A DNA stretch of 64,000 nt from Eledone cirrhosa (lineage: Eukaryota), in contig OZ024741.1 of NCBI GenBank assembly GCA_964016885.1, positions 270,878,001 to 270,942,000 of the forward strand. The letters run 5' to 3'. A model generated the notes under the pieces. That model saw only the letters and a program-made list of their open reading frames with translations, had not been told where the DNA came from and made no database searches. Positions 42,762-57,726 of this stretch are shown here, piece by piece (within the stretch, counting starts at the first letter, position 1; each line of letters starts with the position of its first letter). The translations under genes were made by a program, and so were the position numbers.

Positions 42762-43228
42762 TAGAAGTCGACCTTAAGTGGGAGTAATAACATTAAGAAA
42801 GACATGAACGACACCATAACACTTTGTTTTGAAAATTTTGAAGGTAGGTTGGTTTATAAGTATGAATTTTCATAAGACTTTTGTAGTTCTTTCTGTGGCC
42901 TAGCAGTAGGTACTAGAGACGGTGGAAATCCTAGCCTTGGGTTCAATTCTGCTCAAGAGATGCATGTAACCTTTTTCAGTTTTTATTTTACAACCAATAG
43001 AAAAAAAACTGGAAAGGTTTACCGGGAAACCTACTCCCGACCAGGATCGAACTTCAGACTAGGATCACCACCGTCTATGATTCCTCCAAGTAGGTCACCG
43101 AGGCTGCTACAAAATTAAAATGAAAATTGATAATTATAAACCTACTTTCAAAATCAAAGTTAAAAAGATGTGGTGTCATTCATGGCTTTCCTAGAACTAT
43201 TAGTAATATTTAGGGTCGACTTCTGGAC
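42762..43228. other. Diverged inverted pair of tRNA-like (Pol III box A/B) units
   Basis: Left unit: TGGCCTAGCAG..GGTTCAATTC then T-runs; right unit (reverse): TGACCTACTTGG..AGTTCGATCC then a T-run; upstream blocks also align. Confidence 0.5.
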
Positions 43229-43324
43229 ATTATTGAAAGTCTTTGGATTTTGCAAAATACATAATATTTTTTATTGAAGGTAAGATATTTTCCCGCAAAA
43301 ATTTGATTGCACTGTTTTGTTTCC

Positions 43325-43442
43325 ACTGATGTATTTTTCGAAAATGTTATTTATTCATTATAAAAATTAAATGATAGCATTCTATATGTAGGTGGGCCCC
43401 CTTCATCTCCTGGCAACCAATATTTTTGACCCAGTCCGCCAC

Positions 43443-43444
<2 letters not shown>
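43325..43444 (-). mobile_element. DNA-transposon-like terminus (second copy 45763-45873)
   Basis: Both copies end in reverse CAGTGGC(G/A)GACTGGGTC. Confidence 0.5.
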
Positions 43445-43506
<62 letters not shown>

Positions 43507-43511
<5 letters not shown>

Positions 43512-44398
43512 CACGATTTCACCGAGTTTATATTCATAGAAATCTGGGACTTGTCTCTTTCTTCTCACTTTCCGTTGCTTAAACCATTTGTTTGTTCACC
43601 CTACGTCCCCTTTATTTACGTGTCCCAACGACTTTTTTTAGCCGTTGTTCGCACCAACCTGAGGTATATGGCCCTTAAAGCGATGAAATGCCTGGGACGG
43701 TTGGAGGGTCACTGATGAAGGACTTACTTTTTCATATGTACCCCATTTGCAACGCGCAGCTCATTATTATCATATTTACACATTTTTTTCTTCTGCTGCC
43801 ACCCGTCTGTTTCGTTCTTTGTATCTTTACCCTTTCTAGCAGTCTCTCTCTCTGTTAGCCTCCTCCTCAACTTTCACTCACTCATTCTCTGTCACTACCT
43901 CTCCTCCTCCTCTTTCCTCCTCTTTCTTCCCGTTTGACCTGTGTGTAATTCTTTTCTCGCGCGTTCTTGGTCAAGCCGGTATGAAATTTTTTTTCTCTCT
44001 CTCTCTCTCGTCTGCGACTTCACAGAACTTATGTTTACCGAATTCGTAGACCAGACCCCTTCTTCTTCCCCCCGTTAGACCTGTGCGAAATTCCTTCCTT
44101 GCTCACATTTCAACCAGGTTTGATGGTCTTTTGTCTCTTGTTCACGATTTCACCGAGTTTATATTCATAGAAATCTGGGACTTGTCTCTTTCTTCTCACT
44201 TTCCGTTGCTTAAACCATTTGTTTGTTCACCCTACGTCCCCTTTATTTACGTGTCCCAACGACTTTTTTAGCCGTTGTTCGCACCAACCTGAGGTATATG
44301 GCCCTTAAAGTGATGAAATGCCTGGGACGGTTGGAGGGTCACTGATGAAGGACTTACTTTTTCATATGTACCCCATTTGCAACGCGCAGCTCATTATT

Positions 44399-44405
<7 letters not shown>
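43507..44405 (+). mobile_element. TA-flanked 1.4-mer of a 631-nt non-coding unit
   Basis: Direct repeats 43507-43775 and 44138-44405. Confidence 0.85.
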
Positions 44406-45698
<1,293 letters not shown>

Positions 45699-45871
45699 AT
45701 TATAATATACGGCTCAGAAATATCTCTTTCTTAGAGCTATTTTGTTGTAAGGGACTAATTATTTTTCGAAAATGTTATTTATTCATTATAAAATTAAATG
45801 ATAGCATTCTATATGTAGGTGGGTCCCCCTTCATCTCCTGGCAACCAATATTTTTAGACCCAGTCTGCCAC

Positions 45872-45914
<43 letters not shown>

Positions 45915-45943
45915 GTATATATATATATGTATATATATATATG

Positions 45944-46032
<89 letters not shown>

Positions 46033-46035
46033 ATA

Positions 46036-46074
<39 letters not shown>

Positions 46075-46149
46075 GTAGCAAAATCTGTCCACGCCTTGAA
46101 CCCTGGGTGACACCTAAAAGTCAAATTCTATATATATATGTATATGTAT

Positions 46150-46390
46150 ATAAAATAAAATAAAATAAATAAGTCAAATGTTTAAAATTTGGCTTCGTTT
46201 ATTACTGTTATATATATTACGGTGACAGCCATCTTTAGTTGTGACCTCTTCAGGCAGTCCGAATCAGTGTGGTAGAGCCGGACTGCCTGAAGAGGTCACA
46301 TCCAAAGATGGCTGTCACCGTAATATATATAGCAGTAATAAACGAAGCCAAATTTTAAACATTTGACTTATTTATTTTATTTTATTTTAC
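46150..46390. mobile_element. Palindromic mini-element with two HHR-like motifs (GTAA in place of GAAA)
   Basis: ACTGC CTGAAGA GGT-c-ACA..TGT-c-ACC GTA ATATATAT A GCAGT at 46282-46336; inverted twin at 46204-46258. Confidence 0.8.
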
Positions 46391-46572
46391 ATTACTCCGG
46401 AGTAACCAAACCAACCTGCGCACTTCGTCGAGTGCTCCAATCTGTATACTTAGATGTTGGTATATATATATTAAAGAGTTAAACAAGATTCAATGAGTAT
46501 ATCAAAGAATGAGTTTTACAGTAGATTAAATCTTAACCATTTAACATCTCAGGGTATGTCATGTATCATTAT

Positions 46573-46625
46573 ATTTTGTCTGATGAGGACGTAGTGTTGT
46601 ACCTCCGAAATATGTATAATAAAAT
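46573..46625 (+). ncRNA. Type I hammerhead ribozyme
   Basis: ATTTTGT CTGATGA GGA-c-GTA..TAC-c-TCC GAA ATATGTAT A ATAAAAT. Confidence 0.85.
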
Positions 46626-46665
46626 GTAATTGATCAAAAGAACATCTATTTTATTAATATTTGTA

Positions 46666-46701
<36 letters not shown>

Positions 46702-48013
46702 AATAAATATATATATATATATGTGTGTTTGTGTGTATTTATTTATGTCTGTACATTTCTACCGATACGCTATCCAACAGACTTGGCTAAACACGAACAT
46801 TTATATAAAATGTTCTTTCCCTAGCGTCATTTATTTTAACTCTAACGTGGTAAAAGAAGATCTGTTTATAAGTTATTTCAAACCTTGCTAACAACTTCTT
46901 CCTTTAACTCATTATTCTATCAACATAGCTGAAGTTTAACTTTGTTGGTACGTTAGAAATAAAGAAGAAGCGACCAATTGACAGAGTTGTTACAAAGTCA
47001 GACACAATGCTTTGCGGTATTTGTTCCAGCTCTTTGTACTCTAGGGGCGATGGAACTGTGGTGGTGGTGGTGGTGGGGTGTTAGATATGCCCCCCCCCCT
47101 TCATCCGTAATAATTATACCCTCTCTCCAAACTACCAAAACACACATCTATTTGTATATACGTTACAATTTATATACATGTTATATTTATCACATATTGA
47201 AGTTTTTTTTTTATATCTTGGTTGATATTTGATAATAACAGCTAAACTAATCACTACTAAATCCACCAAATCCCCCCCCCCCTCCTCCACCCCATTCAGA
47301 AATGCTCCCACCACCCCCGTACTCTGAGTACAAATTCTGCCGCTGTCAACTTTGCCTTTCATCCTCTCGAGATCGATAAAAGAAAATCTACCACTCCGAC
47401 CGTATCCGGCCAGAATTCTCTTACCTCTTTCTGTTAAAACCGGCCCTAACTTGTTACTCATACTTATGTTAAGGTATTCTTCTCAAAACAAATAATATCA
47501 AAATCTCATAGATTATGTGAGATAAAGCCTTTGCTGTAAAAATACAATAGTAAATATAGAGTAATCTAAATACTAAAGGGTTAAATTAGTTTATAAAATT
47601 TGTTGAGCTGCTGATACAGTGACTAGTATAGCGCACCTCTTTCTAGCGGATATAACGTCCAGTCCTATTTATATCTGCCGCCACAGTTAAAACATTCTCA
47701 CACCATGCTGTCTATGGTGTTGGCCTAACTCTCGGAACCCAACAGAATTAACAGTATTTTGTACTCTATACTCTATTGGAACTTATCCAAAGATGAATCC
47801 TCTGATCATTGATTCGCGTCTCCCATAGCTTTACCAAAATCGATAGTTGATGATCGATGGTCGATTGCTTCGATCGATTTTTGTTATTGATTACGAATCA
47901 TGAAATGGTACCATAAGGAAAGAAGAACTTTTCTACCTTGAAGTACGTATTTTTCCTAGATATTATGTGCTTTATGAGTGTACAAAGTACTATGTGTTTC
48001 TCAAACGATATAT

Positions 48014-48109
<96 letters not shown>

Positions 48110-48316
48110 CGGGATGTTTGTTTACAAACACACCGAGCATTATAATAAATGTTCGGTGAATCCATACGTGCATATATATATGTGTGCATGTATGTATATA
48201 TATATATATACATACTACTGTACGTCTGTATACATATATGTATGTACGTATACATACTTATATTTAAGTAACAGCCGTACTAAGAGTGGGAAATGAAATT
48301 TCGTTTTTTTTTTTCC

Positions 48317-48320
<4 letters not shown>
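48110..48320 (+). mobile_element. Fragment of the 429-nt unit spanning the monomer junction
   Basis: Matches 44780-44930 and continues into sequence matching 44500-44560. Confidence 0.85.
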
Positions 48321-48368
<48 letters not shown>

Positions 48369-48407
48369 GATATTAATAAATGGAAACTATATTTATAAAA
48401 CCATATT

Positions 48408-48472
48408 TATTTCATTATACATATTTCAGGGATACCAAATTAAATTATGGTATGCCTTCATCAGACAAAATA
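48408..48472 (-). ncRNA. Type I hammerhead ribozyme
   Basis: Inverted twin of 48621-48685. Confidence 0.88.
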
Positions 48473-48620
48473 CAATATATAACAGTTTTACAAATAAGCT
48501 TTGACGTACTCTATTAAAATGCAACCATTGTTTTTGGAAGCCATCCGGATGGCTTCCAAAAACAATGGTTGCATTTTAATAGGGTACGTCAAAGTTTATT
48601 TGTAAAACTGTTATATATTG

Positions 48621-48685
48621 TATTTTGTCTGATGAAGGCATACCATAATTTAATTTGGTATCCCTGAAATATGTATAATGAAATA
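48621..48685 (+). ncRNA. Type I hammerhead ribozyme
   Basis: TATTTTGT CTGATGA AGG-c-ATACCA..TGGTAT-c-CCT GAA ATATGTAT A ATGAAATA. Confidence 0.88.
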
Positions 48686-48813
48686 AATATGGTTTTATAA
48701 ATATAGTTTCCATTTATTAATATCGTATATCTACTCCAAATACTTGTCGAGTGCTTTATATTAGTTATAAAAATATTTACTTGTTGTATCCCAACAATTT
48801 TAAATAGAACTTT

Positions 48814-48921
<108 letters not shown>

Positions 48922-49354
48922 ACGGCTCCTAAGTCTGTTAGTGGAGCTTTTTATGTTGAAAGGATTCGGCTGTTATTTCTAGCTGTCGATACATTCACGC
49001 CAACTGGCTTGACGGCTACGAGATGTGTTATTGTAAAACCGCATGTTTTTCAGTTATCTTTTTCACCGTTGTTCCTCGATTTGTTTCGAGAGTGTAATCC
49101 TAGATAGTTAAATCTACTCCTTTGCCGATGATCTAAGATTTAACATCTATGATTCACTGATTAATGGTGAAATATATTTCTTCAATGGAATATTTACAAA
49201 GGAGATTAATCATTATTGCCATCTATATTCATCTATATTATTGTATCTATATTCAAGGTTCTTGTTAATCTCAATATGTTACCTCCTTAACTATGTGTGT
49301 TTACACTCTTTACAAATTATCCCCCGTAATTGTTTGATGTGTTTATTTTATATA

Positions 49355-50362
49355 CTAGCAGAAAAACCACGTCCCGGGTGGTTTTCTGCTAGCATGTGTA
49401 GTGTGCATATTGATATTATACGCAAATATATATACATGTAGATATAATACGTCAAATGAAATCGTAATTGACAATAGGCACAGAAATTGAACGAAGTCTG
49501 TGTTACACTCTCTTCTGTAATCAGTAAAGTAATCCATGATACATTAAAAAAAAAAAGACGATATTATATATAAACTGCATATATAATAAATTAAAACGTT
49601 ATGAAAACGAAAAAGTTGAAAATTAGTGACCTAAATTTTTTTAATCGAACGACTTTTCGTCAAATCGGACCGAGGAAACAATGTTTCCGTCGGTCTTTCC
49701 AGTTGCTAATACTATCTATCGGTCGCAACTCCAGGTAGAAGGAGCAACGTGAAATAAAGTGTCTTGCTCAAGGGCATCAACGCATCGCCTGGTCCAGGAA
49801 TCGAACTCACAACCTCAAGATTGTGAATCCAATTCTCTACCCACTCAGCCACACGCCTTCACCTAAATATAAACCTTATATAACGATGCAATTATGTGAA
49901 CGTTTATATAAGCAATGTAATAAGTGTTATAATGTAACGGACACTAACCGGAAGTGTTTACATTTGAAAATTTTAAAGAAGTGAATCTTAAAATAAGCAA
50001 TACTTTTTATATAAGAATATTTATATTTAATCAATAGCTACGAAGTTTAGTAGATAAATTACATAATATTCATTCATTATTTATTCAGAATTGGAGGTAT
50101 CGGTAGAGGGTTGGACGCCATGCTTTGATGCATAGAGTTACGGCCCTTTCCATTCTGAGTTCAAATCCCGCCTAGGTTAACTTTGCCTTTCATCCTTACG
50201 GGGTCGATAAAATAAAGTACCAGTAATGCACTGGGATAATTGCTGGCCTTGTGCCAAAAGTAGAAACAATTATTTATTCAAAGTAGTCTAACTTATTTTA
50301 TTAACGGGATAAACATTTATAAAACGGACGCCGTCCCGCACCCTTCTCTTTATTATATTATA
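49355..50362 (-). mobile_element. Helitron-like element (copy of 10884) with nested SINEs at about 49700-49862 and 50090-50270
   Basis: Terminal hairpin CTAGCAGAAAAACCAC..GTGGTTTTCTGCTAG; TSD TTATTTATTCA around the second SINE. Confidence 0.65.
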
Positions 50363-50594
50363 TATATATGTCATTCCACTTTTAATTTAATATAAATGCT
50401 CGGGTTTACTACTTGGAATCTTTGAGCTTATTACACAGGTGGTATGGCGCATGATTCTGATATTCTCAGGCATGTCATCTTTAATCTAATTTTGGTAGTA
50501 TATATATAAGCAAGAAAGTAAGTGTTGGTAAAATCCAGTACTTCAGTATGCAGATAGGGAGCACTCAACGAAGATATAAGTTCTGGAGTTATAA

Positions 50595-51628
50595 TAGTGA
50601 CGAAACATAAGTCAATTGCATGAACTCATAATCCTTTATTTACTGCTATATATATTTCGATGATAGCCATTGAATGGCTATGACCTCATCAGGCAGTTAG
50701 TCAGTTCTTAGATATGCCAGCTCTGTGTTTATGGTGTTGATGGTATCAGAGCCTTGGGACATATGAGCTTGTTAGGAATAATTTAATGTTGTCAGCAGGA
50801 ATAGTGTTGATTCTCATTGGTCAGTTTGTAGATGGTAGTAGAATTGGTATTTGACCTCCTCAAAGAGGCAGGTGGTGTTGTAAAGTTCAAACCGTCAGGC
50901 AAGATGACAATAGTTCCATATGACTGATTTTCACAAAAGGCATTCCTAGTCAGATATATATTCAACTAAGGTTAATAGTATGAAGTAGATACTACAGGTC
51001 ATTCTTAAATTGAGGAATTTATGTGGAGTGGTGCTACTGAAATTTATGGTTAGAGTAGAAAATTTACAGATAAAAAGACTTATGTAGGTTGGCTTGCACT
51101 ACACTCACACCCACCTCCACAGACACACACACCCATCCACACATACAAAATGTGGGGTGGTAATACTTAAAATAATGGTTAGAGTCCAATACTTAGATAG
51201 TTTAAGAATGACTTGTAGTATCTATTTCATACTATTAACCTTAATTGAATATATATCTGACCAGGAATGCCTTTTGTGAAAATCAGTCATATGGAACTAT
51301 TGTCATCTTGCCTGACGGTTTGAACTTTACAAAACCACCTGCCTCTTTGAGGTCAAATACCAACCCTACTACCATCTACAAACTGACCAATGAGAATCAA
51401 CACTATTCCTGCTGACAGCATTAAATTATTCCTAACACAGCATTAAATTATTCCTAACAAGCTCATATGTCCCAAGGCTCTGATACCATCAACACTATAA
51501 ATACAGAGCTGGCATATCTAAGAACTGACTAACTGCTTGATGAGGTCATAGCCATTCAATGGCTATCATCGAAATATATATAGCAGTAAATAAAGGATTA
51601 TGAGTTCATGCAATTGACTTATGTTTCG

Positions 51629-51633
<5 letters not shown>
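50595..51633. mobile_element. Inverted-arm element (about 415-bp arms) with terminal hammerheads
   Basis: 50595-51010 is the reverse complement of about 51200-51633; the + copy at 51532-51587 has TTGATGA. Confidence 0.9.
50642..50697 (-). ncRNA. Type I hammerhead ribozyme
   Basis: Reverse complement: ACTGC CTGATGA GGT-c-ATAGCCAT-tca-ATGGCTAT-c-ATC GAA ATATATAT A GCAGT. Confidence 0.9.
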
Positions 51634-51665
<32 letters not shown>

Positions 51666-51850
51666 GAGGTAAATATCTCACTGAGTACTAAGTACCCATA
51701 GAGATATATAGGGTGTCTATAATATAATTGTTGTTCTATGGTACTAATTCGAGATACCAGAACTATAAAAATTGATGAGCAGAACAAACAAACATTAAAT
51801 AATCCTTTAAATGAATTAAAAAATGATTTAAATATCTACCTGTTCATAAT

Positions 51851-51929
51851 GCTATTACCGGCGGTTTCCATTTACAAAAGATTAGAAATTCAGAGAATTT
51901 CCAACGGAAAGTAAACTTCATCAGATAGC
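51851..51929 (-). ncRNA. Type I hammerhead ribozyme with long stem II
   Basis: Reverse complement: GCTAT CTGATGA a-GTTTAC..TTGGAAATTC-tct-GAATTTCTAA..GTAAAT-g GAA ACC-gcc-GGT A ATAGC. Confidence 0.85.
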
Positions 51930-51984
51930 TATTTCCATTCTATAGGACTTAAGTCCCACGGTCTGCAATTATAATGCCAACTAC

Positions 51985-52105
<121 letters not shown>

Positions 52106-52432
52106 AGTGGAAGCTTAGTAAAATCGAAGCTTGTGCTGTGGCCAAGCAAAGTCGACCTACAATAGGAATGAGTTAGCAAAGCACTCAATAAGGGTAGGTC
52201 CTAGAGTAATAACATACGTTTAAATAGCTTGACAAATTGAACATTGCGTTAGGCAAAACCAACCACACAATACCAAAGTAAAGAAAGAATTAACAGGATA
52301 TATATATATATTTTCTAAAGAATGAAACAGTTCTAGTCCTGTAGAATCTCATCTATATTAAAACTTTTATACTCTGCAATGTATTGAGTACCTTACTTAC
52401 TGTGGTTACCTCCGACTCAACCCGGAATAACG

Positions 52433-52487
<55 letters not shown>

Positions 52488-52494
52488 ATGGAAA

Positions 52495-52797
52495 AAAAGG
52501 AAATTTCATTTCTCACTCTTAGTACGGCTGTTACTTAAATATAAGTATGTATACGTACATACATATATGTATACAGACGTACAGTAGTATGTATATATAT
52601 ATAATACTTGCACACATATATATATGTACGTATGGATTCATCGAACATTTATTATAATGCACGGTGTGTTTGTAAACAAATAGCCCGAATTAGTAGCCGT
52701 ACAGTGTTCGGCAACCATCGTTGCCCTTTTGTTCAACACTGACTAAGGAACGATGAACTAGTTTCTAACTTATTAGCTGTCATCAGCATATACGTTT
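52495..52797 (-). mobile_element. Third permuted copy of the 429-nt unit, HHR at about 52753-52789
   Basis: Reverse complement: ATG CTGATGA cAGCTaataAGTTa GAA ACTAGT T CAT, continuing through the monomer junction. Confidence 0.85.
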
Positions 52798-52940
52798 CTC
52801 TCTCTCTCTCCATCTTTTTACTTACTCTTAACACTATGACTTACTAAAGTAAACAAATCACTATCCTGATGGCCTCCAAAAACAACGGTCAATTTTAAAA
52901 GGGGTACGTCAATGTCTATTTATAAAACTGTTATATATTG

Positions 52941-53005
52941 TATTTTGTCTGATGAAGGCATACCATAATGTAACTTGGTATCCTTGAAATATATATAATG
53001 AAATA
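52941..53005 (+). ncRNA. Type I hammerhead ribozyme (family of 48621)
   Basis: TATTTTGT CTGATGA AGG-c-ATACCA..TGGTAT-c-CTT GAA ATATATAT A ATGAAATA. Confidence 0.85.
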
Positions 53006-53095
53006 AATATGGTTTTATAAATATAGTTTTCCATTTATTAATATCGTATATATATATATATATATATAATCATATATATATATATACATATATAT

Positions 53096-53411
<316 letters not shown>

Positions 53412-53497
53412 ATATATGTTTATATATATATATGATATATATATATATATATACGATATTAATAAATGGAAACTATATTTATAAAACCATATTTATT

Positions 53498-53603
<106 letters not shown>

Positions 53604-53623
53604 ATATATGTGGTGTGTGTGTG

Positions 53624-53760
<137 letters not shown>

Positions 53761-54235
53761 CATATATACATATATAACACGAATCGATGATACTGCACGG
53801 AATAGACTGGTGGAATTTATCGAATACAAATACACAAACTATATTCAAAGAAAAACCAATGCTTGTGGATTCAATCTAGAATTTACAAAACTGACCGAAA
53901 TGGATGGTTGAGATTTTAGTTCTAAGTAACTACTGTTGTAAATTGTCTTTTTATCTTAGCTAATTAACAGCTCTAAGCTTCATATTTTTCATTCATATTC
54001 TGCATTTTCAGCAATTCGCGAACATAATAAAATTATTCTAAGATTTACATGCATAAATGTATATATATAGAGGTTATATTTAATTTGTTGGGATTCAACA
54101 AGCTTAAACATTTTTGTAACTGATATAAAGCACTCAACAAGTTAGTGGCGTAAATATTCAATATATTATTGAATGGAAACTATATTTATAAAACAATAAT
54201 TATTTTATTATATATATTTCAAGGGCAACCGAGGC

Positions 54236-54507
54236 AAATTATATTGACTATCAAATTATATTGACTATCAAATTATATTGACTATCAAATTATATTGACT
54301 ATCAAATTATATTGACTATCAAATTATATTGACTATCAAATTATATTGACTATCAAATTATATTGACTATCAAATTATATTGACTATCAAATTATATTGA
54401 CTATCAAATTATATTGACTATCAAATTATATTGACTATCAAATTATATTGACTATCAAATTATATTGACTATCAAATTATATTGACTATCAAATTATATT
54501 GACTATC
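54236..54507. repeat. 17-bp minisatellite, 16 perfect copies
   Basis: Unit AAATTATATTGACTATC. Confidence 0.97.
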
Positions 54508-54576
54508 CAGGAAGCTTCAACCGTTAAGGTTGTCTTTTTTCCGGGTATGTCAATATTTATTTATAAAACAAATCTG

Positions 54577-54642
54577 TATTTTATCTGATGAAAGCGCACC
54601 ATAATTTGCCTTGGTTGCCCTTGAAATATATATAATAAAATA
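54577..54642 (+). ncRNA. Type I hammerhead ribozyme (family of 39882)
   Basis: TATTTTAT CTGATGA AAG-c-GCACCA..TGGTTGC-c-CTT GAA ATATATAT A ATAAAATA. Confidence 0.9.
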
Positions 54643-54684
54643 ATTATGGTTTTATAAATATAGTTTCCATTTATTAATATATTG

Positions 54685-54832
<148 letters not shown>

Positions 54833-54851
54833 TATTTATATACATATATAT

Positions 54852-54915
<64 letters not shown>

Positions 54916-55378
54916 GCATATATGTTATTTCCGTTGTTTTTTCCCATTGTTTATGTCCTGTGCGTTCCCTATTTTGAATTCATATTCTAAAGACTTAGTC
55001 ATGTGACCATTTTTTACAACTATCAATATAATAGACATTACACCACCCAGTCTGTATTCATCTATACTCCTTTCTTACCTTTTCCATGCCTCAGTGACAT
55101 TCTTCTTTGTTTGCACGTTGGACTACAGTCAATATTATTCTCTTCTGTCTTACTATTTCTCTCCCTTCTTTGCCAGTTGACGTAGCTGGGATACTTTTTC
55201 ATCTATATTTGTGTAATTCACCTAAAGCTCTACCTGTTTTGTTATGTCTCAATGTACACTGGAATGAAAGGTATTAATAAATTTACCGGAACCGTAGTGA
55301 TTTCCAGCGGTTGACTGAGGAGATGGGATTGTCCGTTTTTCTGTTGTTTTTGACCTGTGCGCTTCTTATTGTGTGTGC

Positions 55379-55421
<43 letters not shown>

Positions 55422-55748
55422 CCCATAGACTGTATGGGATTATAAATAAATAAATATTTGCTCTATGGCATAGACCAAATAATTTTTATTATCACAGATT
55501 AAAAGTTTAAGCAAATAATTTCTACTTTGACCCAAAGCGGGATCCCTTTTTGGGTGATAGTAGAAATTATTTGCTTAAACTTTTAATGATGGCACCAGTG
55601 ACATCGCAACACATTTCTACAGCTGAGTGAACTGGAGCAACTTGAAATAAAATGTTTTACTCAGGAACACTACGCGCCGCCCGGTCCGGGATTCGAACTT
55701 CCACCCTTACGGTTGTGTGCTCAACGCTCAAACCACTAAGCCATGTGC

Positions 55749-55806
<58 letters not shown>

Positions 55807-56047
55807 ACACATATATATATATGTAATTTGGAGAGAAAGTTCAGGGTGGCATACGTTTATTACGTAACGCGCGTTTCTACAAGGATCAGACTCAGAACCG
55901 CTATGGATTATATAATAGTATGAACAATACGGCTTGACTTCTCAGATCACTGCCTCCTCAGGCGTATAGAAACATTAACTGGTTTAAAACCAGTTGGTCA
56001 CGAAAAGGACTAAGTTTCAATTTATACTTCCCATACATCAACCTTAA

Positions 56048-56445
56048 TAATTGTTTCTACTTTTGGCACAAGGCCAGCAATTACCCAGTACATTACTGGT
56101 ACTTTATTTTATCGACCCCGTAAAGATGAAAGGCAAAGTTAACCTCGGTGGGATTTGAACTCAGATCGTTAAGGGACTTAACTATGCTGGAAAGCATGGT
56201 GTCTGACCCTCTACCGATGCTGCCAATTCACCTTAATAATGGTTTCTGATTTAGACCAACAATTTTGGGGGAGGGGAAAGTCGATTAAATCGACCGCAGT
56301 GTGTGACTGGTACTTTATTTTATCGACCCTGTAAGGATGAAAGGCAAAGCTAACCTCTGCAGGATTTGAACTCAGAACATAAAGAGCCGTAACTATGTTG
56401 CAAGGCATGGTGTCTGACGCTCTACCGATTCTGCCAATCCACCAC
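56048..56445 (-). mobile_element. Two tandem SINEs (further copies about 56780-56935, 60470-60600, 62365-62550)
   Basis: Same SINE core as 465-646, reversed. Confidence 0.85.
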
Positions 56446-57527
56446 CATTATCAACCTTGATAATAAAACTAAAAAGATTAGATAGAGGGATAAAAAAAAA
56501 GTTAAAAAAGGGAAAAAAGGGAAAATATTGAAAACGAAGTTGATATCTACCTGGCAATCTTTCATGTGTGTGTGTGATATGATATGATAGTCCCGTGACT
56601 CCTGATAGAGTCGTAAAGGTGCTGTAGTGACATACAGCGTTTTGGGGGCATTTTAAGCCTGGTGGAGCCTATCCCTCTCCAGGTCGGAACATAGTAGACT
56701 TCTTCCTGAGAAAGACTGAAAGCGGGACTGAGAGAGATAGAGGGGGGGGGGGGGGAGAAAGAGATATATAGGGGAAGAATTGACCTCAGTACTGGACTGG
56801 TACTTTTTTTTATCGATCCCAAAAGGATGAAAGGCGAAGTTGACCTCAGCAGGATTTGATCTCAGAGAGCAAAGAGCTGGAACGAATACGACAAAGCAAT
56901 CTATCTGACGTTCTAACGACTCTGCCAATTCGCCCCCCCCCCCTCTTTCATGTATTAATTACCAATAAAAGTATGAATAACATTAAACAGATTTAAAGAC
57001 AAAAATAGGAGTTGGTATAAATATAAAGATGAAATAAATAAAGACGTTTAAGAATAAGGATCAGATTTGTCCTTCAGAAGGAGATGACGAAAAGATAGAG
57101 GAAGAAATAAATATGTTGAGGTAGAGGATAAAGTGAGGATAAAGAGGAATGTGAAATGAATGGCGGTTGGGGATGTAGGAGTTGTAAAATCTATTCTACT
57201 AAATCAGGGGTTTCAAACATGTGTCCCGAAAACTTCTTTTCTATGGCCCTCAGCAGAACAATTGTGTTTTCCCTGTTTTAATAATATTTTTAGTAAAATT
57301 CATTACAATTTACCCTCGAACTACAATACAGTAACCCCCTCCCCCCACCACCACCACCACCACTGCCTAGAAGTTATCAAAAGTTAAAACAAAATTAATG
57401 AATGTACTAATTCCTATATGAATGTACTAATTCCTATATCCACTTTACTAACATATGGGCAACCTATCAGCTGTATTGCAAATTAGCTTTATAACTGGTG
57501 GAAATCATGGCCACCCTGCTGGTTTCC

Positions 57528-57676
57528 CTTTTGACCCACTCTCCCTTCCCTCTCATCTCACTTTTGACCCACTCTCCCTTCCCTCTCACCTCACTTTTGA
57601 CCCACTCTCCCTTCCCTCTCACCTCACTTTTGACCCACTCTCCCTTCCCTCTCACCTCACTTTTGACCCACTCTCC

Positions 57677-57677
<1 letters not shown>
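57528..57677. repeat. 33-bp minisatellite, about 4.5 copies
   Basis: Unit CTTTTGACCCACTCTCCCTTCCCTCTCACCTCA. Confidence 0.95.

Positions 57678-57726
<49 letters not shown>

Larger units (their letters stand above)
48365..48728. mobile_element. Spacerless palindrome with two hammerheads
   Basis: Centre GAAGCCATCC|GGATGGCTTC at 48546/48547. Confidence 0.93.

Noticed and set aside
43655-43730. Type I or II hammerhead in the 631-nt unit
   Set aside because: I could not build a valid stem III and UH cleavage site in either topology.
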